A stretch of DNA of 64,000 nucleotides from Spirochaetia bacterium (lineage in GTDB: Bacteria; Spirochaetota; Spirochaetia; UBA9216), in NCBI GenBank assembly GCA_963677925.2, contig CAXXYH010000004.1:2144001-2208000 (forward strand), written 5' to 3'. The notes under the pieces were generated by a model that was not told the DNA's origin, made no database searches, and saw only the letters and a program-made list of their open reading frames with translations. How positions within the stretch are numbered: the first letter of the stretch is position 1; each line of letters opens with the position of its first letter. Positions 33,456 through 43,937 of this stretch are shown here, one piece after another. Both the position numbers and the translations under genes were made by a program.

Positions 33456-34940
33456 ATGCCGAAATTGCTTGAAATGCAGGACATCTGTAAGAGTTTTTAC
33501 GGGGTTGAGGTTCTGCATTCAATTGATTTTAGTGTCGACAGGGGTGAAATCAGAGCTGTCTGCGGAGAAAACGGTGCCGGTAAATCAACCTTGATGAAGG
33601 TTTTATCAGGTGTTTACGAACAGGATAGAGGTGACATCTTTCTTAATGGGGCCGCTGTCAGTAATTCAGCCGGACCGCTGGAAATGCAGTCATTCGGAGT
33701 TTCAATGATTCATCAGGAGCTGAATCTTTTTGATGATCTGAGTGTTGCTCAGAATATTTTTCTGTGCAGGGAACCTAAATTAAAAAGCGGTCTGATAGAT
33801 TTTAACAGGATGAATCAGGATGCTGCAGAGCTGCTGGACAGGCTTGGGCAGAAAATTCATCCGAGAACGCAGGTTCGTGATTTGAAAATTGCCCAGAAAC
33901 AGATGATTGAAATTGCAAAAGCAATTTCATTCAATGTAGAGCTTCTCATAATGGATGAACCGACAGCTGTACTTACAGGAAAAGAGACCGAAATAATGTT
34001 TAATCTGATGCGGACTCTCTGCAGCGAAGGAATTGCGATCATCTATATATCCCATAGATTGAAAGAAATCACAGAAGTATGTCACTCGGTTACGATACTC
34101 CGTGACGGTTCCTATATAGATACCCAGCGGGTAAGCGATCTTACTGAGAAGAAAATTGCTGCGATGATGGTCGGCAGGGAAGTGCAGGAGTCAAGTGTCG
34201 GCGATTTTAACGGTGAACCTGAAGATGTGATTCTTGAAGTAAGAAATGTATCAGATAGTATGCTCAAAGATCTCAGTTTTACGCTTCGCAGAGGAGAAAT
34301 AATTTGTTTCAGCGGGCTTGTCGGTGCAGGCAGAACAGAATTGATGGAGGTGATATTCGGCATACGGAAGTCTGAACGCGGAGAAATCTTGATTAATGGA
34401 AAACCCGTTTCAGTGAAAAGCCCTATAGATTCAATAAAAGCAGGTATAGGTTTGGTCACCGAGGATCGTAAAAATACAGGACTTGTTTTATGCCGGGATA
34501 TTACAGAAAACACAAATTACGTTTACTGGCGTAAAAATAAGGGCGTTTTCAGGAATCAAAAAAGAACCAGGCATAATACTTCGACCTTGATGAAGCGTAT
34601 GAATATCCGGAGTACCGGATCTGCACAGACCGTTGCAACACTAAGCGGCGGCAACCAGCAGAAGGTTGCTCTGGCAAAATGGCTACTGAGTGATGCAAAG
34701 GTTCTGATACTTGATGAACCTACAAGGGGTGTCGATGTTGGAGCGAGACAGGAAATCTATCAGATAATCAGAGAGCTTGCTGAAAGCGGTATTGGAATAA
34801 TAGTAGTTTCATCAGATATGCAGGAGGTTATGTGCATCAGCCAAAGGGTAATTGTAATGCATGAAGGCCGGAAAACTGGTGAACTTTCATGTTCTGAACT
34901 TGACGAAGAAAAAATTATGTTTCTTGCAACGAATGTATAG
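33456..34940 (+). CDS. Sugar ABC transporter ATP-binding protein (RbsA/MglA type)
   Basis: GENGAGKST, IMDEPT, LSGGNQQK, LDEPTRGVDVG. Confidence 0.95.
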   Translation: MPKLLEMQDICKSFYGVEVLHSIDFSVDRGEIRAVCGENGAGKSTLMKVLSGVYEQDRGDIFLNGAAVSNSAGPLEMQSFGVSMIHQELNLFDDLSVAQNIFLCREPKLKSGLIDFNRMNQDAAELLDRLGQKIHPRTQVRDLKIAQKQMIEIAKAISFNVELLIMDEPTAVLTGKETEIMFNLMRTLCSEGIAIIYISHRLKEITEVCHSVTILRDGSYIDTQRVSDLTEKKIAAMMVGREVQESSVGDFNGEPEDVILEVRNVSDSMLKDLSFTLRRGEIICFSGLVGAGRTELMEVIFGIRKSERGEILINGKPVSVKSPIDSIKAGIGLVTEDRKNTGLVLCRDITENTNYVYWRKNKGVFRNQKRTRHNTSTLMKRMNIRSTGSAQTVATLSGGNQQKVALAKWLLSDAKVLILDEPTRGVDVGARQEIYQIIRELAESGIGIIVVSSDMQEVMCISQRVIVMHEGRKTGELSCSELDEEKIMFLATNV

Positions 34941-34951
34941 CGGAGAGATTG

Positions 34952-35935
34952 ATGGAAGAAATAAAACGAAGAAAAAAATTGGGTTTCCTGGCAATGTGGA
35001 TTTGGAAAAAATACAGTATTTTGGTGGTCTTTGTTGTTATTCTGATTATTTGCGGAATAGCAGCACCCCGTTTCCTTCGTCCCAATAATTTACTGAATAT
35101 ATTAAGAAATACATCCATTGTGGGTATTATTGCTCTGGGCATGACATTTGTCATCATTGCGGGAGGTATTGATTTATCAAGCGGACCTGTTCTTGCGACT
35201 TCCGGAGCAGCTCTGATTGCACTGCAGAAAATGGTAACCGAAACCGGAGAGCCGGCGCTGCCGTTGATTGTGCCGATTATAGTCTGTCTCCTGGTTTCCA
35301 CGTCTATTGGTTTTGCCAACGGATTGATAATTACAAAAGCAAAACTTCCTCCTTTTATAGTAACCCTTGCAGTAGGAATAATCGCACGTTCAGTTGTTAT
35401 GTATTTCTGCCGCGGAGCTACAATAATGGGAAACAAAATTCCGGAATTTACAAATATTGGAAATGGAGCCATTCTCGGAATTCCCATACCGTTCATTTTA
35501 GCAATAATTCTTGCTGTGATTCTTCACATTTCATTGACCCGCTCCAAGTTCGGAACCTATGTATTCGCTGTCGGTGGGAATGAGAATGCTGCAAGATATT
35601 CGGGCATTAAAGTCGACCGAATAAAGATAGTGACATATATGATTGTAGGATTCTGTACCGGATTAGCTGCAATTATTGAGATGTCAAGGATGGCAGCGGT
35701 TGCAGCTACCTCTTCCGGAATGCAGTATGAATTTGAAGCTATTACCGCTGTAATCGTCGGAGGAACCTCGCTTTCAGGCGGTAAAGGCAGATTAATAGGT
35801 ACTATAGTTGGATTTATTATTCTGGGGATTGTTAAAAATATGATGATTATGCTGGATATCTCACCTTATCTTGCCGGTGCCGTTAAGGGGGCAGTCATAC
35901 TTTTTGCAGTTCTTATTCAAAGCAGGGAAAAATAG
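34952..35935 (+). CDS. Sugar ABC transporter permease (RbsC type)
   Basis: GMTFVIIAGGIDLS, GGNENAARYSGI, IVGGTSLSGGKG. Confidence 0.95.
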   Translation: MEEIKRRKKLGFLAMWIWKKYSILVVFVVILIICGIAAPRFLRPNNLLNILRNTSIVGIIALGMTFVIIAGGIDLSSGPVLATSGAALIALQKMVTETGEPALPLIVPIIVCLLVSTSIGFANGLIITKAKLPPFIVTLAVGIIARSVVMYFCRGATIMGNKIPEFTNIGNGAILGIPIPFILAIILAVILHISLTRSKFGTYVFAVGGNENAARYSGIKVDRIKIVTYMIVGFCTGLAAIIEMSRMAAVAATSSGMQYEFEAITAVIVGGTSLSGGKGRLIGTIVGFIILGIVKNMMIMLDISPYLAGAVKGAVILFAVLIQSREK

Positions 35936-36027
35936 AATCAGTTCCCGTTAGCGGGATAAAATTCCGATTTTACATATTGATCCGGATTTTCTGAGACAAT
36001 GATTAAAGATTTATGGAGGAAGCAAAG

Positions 36028-36984
36028 ATGAAAAAAGCTGTATTTTTATTTTGTACAGTATTGATTCTGACGGCCGGTCTGTCAGTATTCGCCGGGGGCC
36101 AGCAGGATTCTGACATGGGTGATGTGTACAGAGTTGCAGTATCTTTTCCCCCTGCCAATAACTCCTGGCAGGCAAAGATGCTTGATTCTGCTCTTGATGA
36201 GGCGGCAAAGGATACAAGGGAATTTCAGTTCGTAATAAAGAATGCGGTAGACGATGCAGATCAGCTGAATATTCTGACAACATTTAAAGAGGATAATTAT
36301 GACATGATTATCTGTCTGCCTGGTAATGGGACTTTGATGACTCCGATCTGTGAGGAAATTTATGATGCAGGAATTAAACTTATGATTGTTGACAGACCTA
36401 TAGACAGCGATAAATATACTGTTCTGTTAGGAGGTGACAACTATTTGTGCGGTTCAAATGCCGCCCGTTATATAGGGGACAGGCTGAAAGGAAAGGGTGA
36501 TATTGCGATTCTCAGGAGTTATGTCGGAATACCTATAGACCTTGACCGGTATAACGGCTTCATGGATGTAATCAAAAAAGAATATCCAGGCATAAAGGTA
36601 GTTGTAGAAGCAGATGGTGAATTTAACCAGGATGCAGGTCTTAATGCTATGAATAATATACTTCCCGCATATGACAAGATTGATGCTGTCTATTGTCAGG
36701 ATGATGAATCCGCCATTGGAGCCATAACAGCAATTGAAAATGCCGGCAGAAAAGATGTTCAGTTTGTGACCGGTTTCGGCGGCTCTAAAACAGCTTATAA
36801 ATATCTTTCTGAAGGTAATCCAATATTTGGAGCTTCAATGTCGTATTGGCCGACAATGGGCGGCCGGGCTCTCGCTCTGGCAAAGTCAATACTGCGTGGA
36901 GAACCCTTTGAGAAGAAAAATCTGGATCCTACATACGTTGTTACCAAAGACAATGTATCGAAATTTATGGATAACACATACTGA
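36028..36984 (+). CDS. Sugar ABC transporter substrate-binding protein
   Basis: FAGGQQD signal; VDR, GGDNY, AVYCQDD (RbsB-like). Confidence 0.92.
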   Translation: MKKAVFLFCTVLILTAGLSVFAGGQQDSDMGDVYRVAVSFPPANNSWQAKMLDSALDEAAKDTREFQFVIKNAVDDADQLNILTTFKEDNYDMIICLPGNGTLMTPICEEIYDAGIKLMIVDRPIDSDKYTVLLGGDNYLCGSNAARYIGDRLKGKGDIAILRSYVGIPIDLDRYNGFMDVIKKEYPGIKVVVEADGEFNQDAGLNAMNNILPAYDKIDAVYCQDDESAIGAITAIENAGRKDVQFVTGFGGSKTAYKYLSEGNPIFGASMSYWPTMGGRALALAKSILRGEPFEKKNLDPTYVVTKDNVSKFMDNTY

Positions 36985-37005
36985 TCGCCTGAGTAAAACT
37001 CATTA

Positions 37006-37032
37006 GCTCAGGCGTTCCGTAACTGCCTGAGC
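37006..37032 (+). terminator. Stem-loop after the SBP gene
   Basis: GCTCAGGC...GCCTGAGC followed by T-rich sequence. Confidence 0.55.
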
Positions 37033-37126
37033 ATTCATTTTTCAGACTAAATTAATTCACCTGTTTTCTAATATAAAACAAAACAATAATAAAAAAGGTA
37101 AAATGATAATAAAAAACAATGAAATA

Positions 37127-37155
37127 TTGACTTGGCTCGGTTAAAGTGTTAGAAT
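37127..37155 (+). promoter_or_regulatory. Sigma70 promoter
   Basis: TTGACT-17-TAGAAT with extended TG. Confidence 0.6.
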
Positions 37156-37222
37156 ATGACAACAAACGTTAATATAAAACAAGTTATGAGGTTATATTTT
37201 AAACACTATATCGGAGGTAATA

Positions 37223-38242
37223 ATGAGTAATAATGTAAATGTGGCTGTGATAGGCTGCGGACGGGCCGGGATGATTCATGCAAGAAATTATGCCGGGTCT
37301 GTCGCCGGATGTCATCTTGCTGCCATGGTCGATCCGGATGAACAGGCAGCTAAGTCCGCAATTGAAGAATTAGGAATCAGCAAATATTATCTCGATTACA
37401 AGGATGCTCTTGGCGACCCCGGAATTGATGCTGTAGTTGTAGTAACGCCTACTGCATACCATAAAGATATAGTGGTGAATGCAGCTTCGGCTGGAAAGCA
37501 TGTCCTTTGTGAAAAACCAATGGCGATGACTGAATCAGAATGCAGCCTTATGATTGATGCCTGTGAAAAAGCAGATGTAAAACTACAGCTGGCATTTATG
37601 AGGCGCTTTGATGAGAGCTTTCAGTATGCAAAGGAAAGAATTGATACCGGAGAAATCGGGGATATTGTATGTGTAAAATCTCTCACTCATGGGCCGTCAA
37701 TTCCGAAGCCATGGATGTATGACATAAAAAAAAGCAATGGTCCCCTGGCCGAAGTCAGCTCTCATGATATTGACGCACTTCACTGGTACAGCGGCAGCTA
37801 CATCAGTGAAGTATATGCAGTGGCTGGAAACTATAGATGTCCGGAAGCTGTCGATGAGTATCCGGACTTCTATGATAATGTCCTTATGAATTGCCGCTTT
37901 AGAAGCGGTGCACAGGGGCTGGTAGACGGAGCACAGGGTGTGCAGTACGGTTATGATTCCAGAGTCGAAATTCTGGGAACAAAGGGGATTATTCATATAG
38001 GAAAGAACCAGAATTACAGTGTTCTTACCTGCAGTCCTGAAGGTATAAGGACCCCTTTTGTAAAAAGCTGGCAGAACCTTTTTATTGACGCATACAGAAG
38101 AGAAGACCAGGCATTTGTGGACTGTATCCGAAATGATACTCAGCCGGTAGTTACCGGAAGGGACGGACTGGAAGCTGTAAAAGTTGTAAATGCAGGAAAT
38201 AAATCTATTATTGAAAAAAGACCCGTAGTATTGGAGGATTAA
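37223..38242 (+). CDS. Gfo/Idh/MocA oxidoreductase (IolG-like)
   Basis: GCGRAG, KHVLCEKPMA, FMRRFD, SHDID, YGYDSRVEILG. Confidence 0.9.
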   Translation: MSNNVNVAVIGCGRAGMIHARNYAGSVAGCHLAAMVDPDEQAAKSAIEELGISKYYLDYKDALGDPGIDAVVVVTPTAYHKDIVVNAASAGKHVLCEKPMAMTESECSLMIDACEKADVKLQLAFMRRFDESFQYAKERIDTGEIGDIVCVKSLTHGPSIPKPWMYDIKKSNGPLAEVSSHDIDALHWYSGSYISEVYAVAGNYRCPEAVDEYPDFYDNVLMNCRFRSGAQGLVDGAQGVQYGYDSRVEILGTKGIIHIGKNQNYSVLTCSPEGIRTPFVKSWQNLFIDAYRREDQAFVDCIRNDTQPVVTGRDGLEAVKVVNAGNKSIIEKRPVVLED

Positions 38243-38246
38243 TATA

Positions 38247-39278
38247 ATGAAAGCGGCAAGATTGCACGGTGTAGAAGATATCAGAATTGAAGATGTTCCG
38301 ATACCTCAGATAAATGAACATGAAGTTCTTATAAAAGTATCTGCATCATTTATTTGCGGAACTGATGTACGTTTCTATAAAACAGGGGCACCTTCCGACA
38401 AGCCATTGATAGCCGGCCATGAGGTCGCTGGAGTTATAGAGAAGGTTGGAAGCAGTGTAGAAGGATATAGTTGCGGAATGCGGGTCGGTGTTGCACCTAA
38501 TTACGGATGCGGTGTCTGTGATCTGTGCACTGCTGGAAATTCGCATATGTGCCTGGATTCACAGGCCTTAGGTGTCTCTGTTGACGGAGGATTTGCTGAA
38601 TATATGAGAGTTCCGGCAGCCGCCGTCCGGCAGGGAAATATCAGCATTATAGATGACAATATCAGTTTCAGCGAAGCCGCATTGGCTGAACCTCTATCAT
38701 GTGTATACAATGCTTATGAAAAAATTGGTATTTATCCGGGCGATCAAGTTCTGGTCATTGGGGCAGGTCCTATCGGAATGATGCATGTCAGAGTTGCTTT
38801 GCTTGCAGGAGCTTCCAGGGTTTATATTACTGATATAAGCAGTGAAAGACTGGAGCTGGCAAAGACCCTTGTCCCGGATGTTGTAACGATTCCTTCAGAT
38901 CAGCTTGATACTGCAGTGTCTGATTATACCGGCGGCCGTTTAATGAATCTGGTAATCACAGCAGCCTCTGTTCCGGCTATTCAGGAATCTGCTTTCAGCT
39001 ATGCCGGATTAAACGGAAGAATTATGTTTTTCGGAGGGCTTCCCAAAGGAAAATCAGCAGTCCGTCTGGATACCAATGAGATACACTATAAACAGCTTAC
39101 TGTAGCAGGAACGACAAGGCAGAGTCTGCGTCAGTACCGTCAGTGCCTGAAACTTATATCGTCAGGGCGTTTAAAAGTTTCAGATCTTATTACATCAAGT
39201 TCTTCGCTAGATAAGATCGAACAGGTCATAAAAGATGTGGCGGCCGGAAAGGGTTTAAAGAGTGTGATAACCGTTTAA
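38247..39278 (+). CDS. Zn-dependent polyol dehydrogenase (MDR, sorbitol-DH-like)
   Basis: ICGTD, GHE, CGVCDLC...C, EPLSC, GAGPIG. Confidence 0.92.
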   Translation: MKAARLHGVEDIRIEDVPIPQINEHEVLIKVSASFICGTDVRFYKTGAPSDKPLIAGHEVAGVIEKVGSSVEGYSCGMRVGVAPNYGCGVCDLCTAGNSHMCLDSQALGVSVDGGFAEYMRVPAAAVRQGNISIIDDNISFSEAALAEPLSCVYNAYEKIGIYPGDQVLVIGAGPIGMMHVRVALLAGASRVYITDISSERLELAKTLVPDVVTIPSDQLDTAVSDYTGGRLMNLVITAASVPAIQESAFSYAGLNGRIMFFGGLPKGKSAVRLDTNEIHYKQLTVAGTTRQSLRQYRQCLKLISSGRLKVSDLITSSSSLDKIEQVIKDVAAGKGLKSVITV

Positions 39279-39321
39279 AATTAAACCTGGAGCAGAACCA
39301 GAGAAAAAGAGGGTATTGTGT

Positions 39322-40833
39322 ATGGTGCAAGATTTACTTTTAGGCATTGATATTGGAACACAGGGGGTTAAAGCTTCTCTATTTGATTCATCAGGAACCT
39401 GTCGAGGTTCAGCATTTATACCATCCAGACTGCATCAGCCGGCTCCCGGTGTTACCGAGGAGGAGCCGGAATTTCAGCTTGATTCTGTCTGCAGGTCAAT
39501 TTCAGAATGTCTTAAGTCTCTTACTGAATTGGATAAAAAGGCCGTCAGATGTATAGCTATAGATGGTCAGATGGCTGGTATTATAGGAATAGATGAAGAC
39601 GGAAAAGCCCTTACTCCTTATGACTCCTGGCTGGATACTCGCTGTGCACCCTACATTGAAAAATTAAAAAACGCTGCCGAAGAGGAAATCATTAAAAAAA
39701 CCGGTAATCCCCCAAGTTTCAATCACGGCCCGAAAATTCTCTGGTGGAAGCATGAACGAAAGGATGTATATAAGCAGGTGGCTTCCTTTGTTCAGCCCGG
39801 CGGTTATGCTGCAATGCGGCTCTGCGGTTTGAAAGGGAAGGATGCATTCATCGATAAAACCTACCTTCATTTTTCCGGTTTTGCGGACAACCGAAACGCC
39901 CGCTGGGATGAGGATTTACTAAGATTATTTGATGTAGAGGTCTCGAAACTACCCCGTATTGTATCCAGCACTGAAATCATAGGTACAATGACAAAGGAAA
40001 TGTCTTTAAGATGCGGTCTGCCTGCTCCTGTTCCTGTAGCTGCAGGCTGCGGTGATACCGCTGCATCATTTCTATCCTGCGGTGCTGTCAAACCCGGAAT
40101 ATGTATTGATGTCGCAGGTACAGCCAGTGTTTTCGCCGCTACAACAGATCGATTCTCCTGCGATCTGAAGTATCAGGCCATGGGCTGCGGAGCATCGGTT
40201 ACTGAGGGACTATGGCATCCCTATGCCTATATTAATGGCGGAGGTATGAATGTTGAGTGGTTTCTTTCTGAAATCATGGGAAGGGATAAGTCAGACCCGG
40301 AAAGGTTTCGCGGCCTTGACAACGAACAACCTGACCTGAGAGATGATTCTCCCATGTTCATTCCACATATGTCCGGCAGGGTGAGTCCCAGTCAGCCTGC
40401 TCTGAAGGGGACTTTTTCAGATCTAAGCTGGCGGCACCGCAGTATTGATATGTTTTTTGCTGTAATGGAGGCTGTAGCTCTTGAATATGGTATTTACCGG
40501 GATGCCCTTGAATCAATGTTACCCGGATATTCTATATCTGAAATGAGAATTACCGGAGGGGGGGAGCGGAACACTGCATGGAAGCTGATGAAATCAGGAG
40601 TCCTTCAGGTTCCAGTTGTCTCAATCAACCAGAATTACGGGGCTCCTATGGGGGCTGCGATTGTAGCAGGCGCAGCCTGTGGAATTCTTACGTCCGCTGG
40701 AAATGCAGCTGAATCATGGATCTCAACCAAAGATGCTGTCATCTGTGAAGCGGAGTACTACAGTCATTTTGAAAAAAGGCTCAAAAAATATCGGCGTCTG
40801 CTTGATACTATGAACAATTTTTACTCAAATTAG
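39322..40833 (+). CDS. FGGY-family sugar kinase (xylulokinase-like)
   Basis: GIDIGTQGVK, WLDTR, GCGDTAA, AGTAS, ITGGG. Confidence 0.92.
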   Translation: MVQDLLLGIDIGTQGVKASLFDSSGTCRGSAFIPSRLHQPAPGVTEEEPEFQLDSVCRSISECLKSLTELDKKAVRCIAIDGQMAGIIGIDEDGKALTPYDSWLDTRCAPYIEKLKNAAEEEIIKKTGNPPSFNHGPKILWWKHERKDVYKQVASFVQPGGYAAMRLCGLKGKDAFIDKTYLHFSGFADNRNARWDEDLLRLFDVEVSKLPRIVSSTEIIGTMTKEMSLRCGLPAPVPVAAGCGDTAASFLSCGAVKPGICIDVAGTASVFAATTDRFSCDLKYQAMGCGASVTEGLWHPYAYINGGGMNVEWFLSEIMGRDKSDPERFRGLDNEQPDLRDDSPMFIPHMSGRVSPSQPALKGTFSDLSWRHRSIDMFFAVMEAVALEYGIYRDALESMLPGYSISEMRITGGGERNTAWKLMKSGVLQVPVVSINQNYGAPMGAAIVAGAACGILTSAGNAAESWISTKDAVICEAEYYSHFEKRLKKYRRLLDTMNNFYSN

Positions 40834-40947
40834 TATATTAATACCAGCAGCAGGAGTGAACTGTGCGTTTGTCTTCTGTTATGATATAAATACCCTGAAT
40901 TAAAAACAGGAATAAGTACAGGGTGGACGGAGATAGGATCTATTATT

Positions 40948-41733
40948 ATGGAAAAAGATACTAACCTCTTTGCAGAAGAGCGAAAGAATAAGATTGTTGA
41001 TTATATCAATGAAAGACGCAGAGTTACTGTTCCTGAACTTTGCGAGCATTTTTCGGTTTCAGGTGCTACTATGCGCAATGATCTTCGTGAGCTTGATGAT
41101 TCCGGAATGATTACCCGGACTCATGGCGGCGCAATAAAAAAATCGCGGACCGGATATGAACCCTTAATTGATAATAGATCTCAGCGTAATCTTGATTCTA
41201 AAAAAAAGATAGCGGAAACAGCTCTGCTGGAGATAGAGGATGGAGATACAATAATTCTTGAGACCGGCACAACCGTAAAAGAACTTGCAAAGGTTCTGCA
41301 TCTGAAAAAAAATCTGACAGTAGTCACAAATGATATAACCATAGCAGCCGAGCTTGAAACTCAGGGCACCTGTGAGGTTCTGATGATTGGGGGATTATTG
41401 AGAACAGGGTTCCACTGTACAGTTGGTTACGGCATGTTCTCAAATATCGGGGCTTTGTCTGTTGATAAGGCTTTTTTGGGTACAAACTCTTTCTCTCTGA
41501 AAAAGGGGGCTAGCACCCCCGATCTGTCACAATCTGAAGTGAAAAGGCAAATGATGGAAATTGCTTCAAAAGTTATCATTCTATGTGATCACAGCAAGCT
41601 TGAGACAGATTCTTTTATAAATTTTGCCCCTCCCGATCGTGTGGACCTGATTATTACGGACGAAATCACTGAAGAGCTTCGCCGCCAATACGAAGAAAAG
41701 GATATTGCAATACGAAGTTATTCTTTTAAATAA
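40948..41733 (+). CDS. DeoR/GlpR-family regulator
   Basis: VSGATMRNDL, RTHGGA, TVVTND, CDHSK. Confidence 0.95.
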   Translation: MEKDTNLFAEERKNKIVDYINERRRVTVPELCEHFSVSGATMRNDLRELDDSGMITRTHGGAIKKSRTGYEPLIDNRSQRNLDSKKKIAETALLEIEDGDTIILETGTTVKELAKVLHLKKNLTVVTNDITIAAELETQGTCEVLMIGGLLRTGFHCTVGYGMFSNIGALSVDKAFLGTNSFSLKKGASTPDLSQSEVKRQMMEIASKVIILCDHSKLETDSFINFAPPDRVDLIITDEITEELRRQYEEKDIAIRSYSFK

Positions 41734-41759
41734 GAGCACAGATCTTGTTTGTGTTTATC

Positions 41760-41807
41760 TTGACAGCTTACAAATCTGTGTTAGCATAATCTGAAACGTT
41801 TTAGATT
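41760..41807 (+). promoter_or_regulatory. Promoter plus LacI-type operator
   Basis: TTGACA (41760); AATCTGAAACGTTTTAGATT (41788-41807), same core as the operators at 31134-31164. Confidence 0.65.
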
Positions 41808-41851
41808 GTTTTCGATCTTCTAAAAAACCTTTATAAGATGGAGTGATATAT

Positions 41852-43174
41852 ATGAAACCAAGACTTTTACCTGTTTATTTTAAAAAGGAGCGGACCTCCC
41901 GCTTTTCAACCCAGCTTTCGGCATTGAAAAAACTGCTTGCGGATTCTGCAGAGTTTCTTCCCGAACAGCCGCTGGGTGCAACGGTGCCTGAATGTGAAGC
42001 GGTATTGTTTCCTGAGATTCTAGGTGAAGCATATCGTTCTGTTGAAGATATCAAATCAATTAATGTTCCTATACTCATTATTACTTCAGAATTTGCAACT
42101 GTTTCCATGTGGGATTGGGAAATCAGTAATTTTTTACGCGGGAAGGGGATTAAGACAGTTACTCCATACAGTCTGGATGAATCTCGATTAATCTGCAGAA
42201 TACTTGGAACCGCCAGGAAAATGTCAGTGTCTAAATTCCTTATCTTTCAGGATAATCCGGGGGAAGGTTTTCAGCCTGAGATTTTCAAATCTTTCTACTG
42301 GTGGGAAAAAGAAAGTGATGAAACTATACTTAGCCGTTTCGGTACAAAAATTGAGAGGCGAAGTCTGAAAGCTCTCGGGGAAAAGGCGGAGAAAGTCAGT
42401 GATGCAGATGCTAGACATCTATGGAACAGCTGGGATTATCCGAAAGTTGACGGTTTTGAAGAGATTAGAGGGCTGAATGCAGCCAAATTTCATATTGCAA
42501 TTACTGAGGAACTTGATTCCGAAGATATTATCGGTATCGGCTCCAACTGCCTGAATGAATCCCACTACTGTAAAACAACTCCCTGTATTACCTGGGACAG
42601 GCTGCTTGAAGATAGAGGATTGTTATGGGTCTGTGAGGGAGATACCCAAACTCTGACAAGTAAATATCTTTTGTATAATTCAATCGGGGCTCCGCTTTTT
42701 ATGACGAATATATATCCCTTTATGATGGGGCAGGCTGCGCTGAAGCATGAAAAGATTCCGTCTTTTCCTGAAATAGTTGATGACCCTGAGAACCATATTC
42801 TTCTTGCTCACTGCGGTTATTTCGGTTTGCTTCCGAGAAAGTTCAGCACAAGCTTTAAGCTTGTACCCAAACAGCTTGCCATAGTAAATGAGAATTCCCA
42901 TATGATTGATTCGAGAATGGCCGTCGGAGCTGTAACTGTTGCTAAAATGAATATGGCTATGAATAAGATTATGTCGATTAAGGGGGAGCTTAGAGGATAT
43001 GTTCAGTATGATTCATCTTCTGACGTAAGAAACGGAGGGATTCTGAAAGTCCAGAACGGCCGCCGGCTTATGGATAATGTTTATTCACATCATGTGATCC
43101 TGATGGAAGGAGACCATACTCAGGCTGTCGATCTAATCGGAAAACTGATGAATCTTGAAGTAGAGGTTATATAA
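41852..43174 (+). CDS. L-fucose/L-arabinose isomerase-like protein
   Basis: WVCEGD (ExD metal motif), AHCG, C-terminal SHHVIL. Confidence 0.55.
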   Translation: MKPRLLPVYFKKERTSRFSTQLSALKKLLADSAEFLPEQPLGATVPECEAVLFPEILGEAYRSVEDIKSINVPILIITSEFATVSMWDWEISNFLRGKGIKTVTPYSLDESRLICRILGTARKMSVSKFLIFQDNPGEGFQPEIFKSFYWWEKESDETILSRFGTKIERRSLKALGEKAEKVSDADARHLWNSWDYPKVDGFEEIRGLNAAKFHIAITEELDSEDIIGIGSNCLNESHYCKTTPCITWDRLLEDRGLLWVCEGDTQTLTSKYLLYNSIGAPLFMTNIYPFMMGQAALKHEKIPSFPEIVDDPENHILLAHCGYFGLLPRKFSTSFKLVPKQLAIVNENSHMIDSRMAVGAVTVAKMNMAMNKIMSIKGELRGYVQYDSSSDVRNGGILKVQNGRRLMDNVYSHHVILMEGDHTQAVDLIGKLMNLEVEVI

Positions 43175-43937
43175 GATTCTGCTTTTTCCTGAATTCAGCC
43201 GGACTTGTTCCTGTTTCTTTTTTGAACAGCCGGCTGAAGTATCCCTGATCCTCAAATCCAAGATTGATTGATATTTCCTTAATTTCAAGTTCATCAGAAT
43301 CTGTCAGAAGACGTTTTGCCCGGTTTATTCTAAGTTCTGTCAGATAACGGCTTGGCGTTCTTCCTGTATTCTGTTTAAAAATCCGGCTCATATATGTAGG
43401 ATTAATTTTAAAATTTTCAGCAAGTTCGGATATTGCAATATTTTCTGTAAAATTATTTTTAAGAAATTCTGTCAGCTGTGTACACAGCTCGCTGACAGCG
43501 GTTTCGGAATTATAAATATATTCAGACTGGCAGAGTGTTTCCTGGTTGCCGGATAAAAGTATTTCCATGCGGGAAAGCAGGGATGTGAGTTCTTCTCTCG
43601 AGGATGGTTTTAAAATATAATCCTTCACTCCGAAATGGATGGCTTTTTTTGCATAACTGAAATCATCATAACCGCTTAAAATTACCACAGGAAGATCCGG
43701 ATGAGTTAAATACAGCTCTTCTATAAGCTCCAGTCCATCCATAACCGGCATTTTTATATCTGTTATCAGCAGGTTCGGAGCCTTTTCAATTATCATATCA
43801 AGTGCCTGCTTTCCGTTGACAGCAGTTCCGGCTATAAAAAAGAGTGGGTTTATTGACGGTATTTTTTTTGCAAGATTATCTCTGATCCTGTACTCGTCTT
43901 CTGCGATGATGACACTGAATTTATTATTAGTCCTCAA
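43167..43937 (-). CDS. YesN-type response regulator (receiver + AraC)
   Basis: AEDE, ITDIKMPVMDG, LSGYDDF, YILKP, GFEDQGYFSRLFKK. Confidence 0.95.
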   Translation of the reverse strand: MRTNNKFSVIIAEDEYRIRDNLAKKIPSINPLFFIAGTAVNGKQALDMIIEKAPNLLITDIKMPVMDGLELIEELYLTHPDLPVVILSGYDDFSYAKKAIHFGVKDYILKPSSREELTSLLSRMEILLSGNQETLCQSEYIYNSETAVSELCTQLTEFLKNNFTENIAISELAENFKINPTYMSRIFKQNTGRTPSRYLTELRINRAKRLLTDSDELEIKEISINLGFEDQGYFSRLFKKETGTSPAEFRKKQNLI

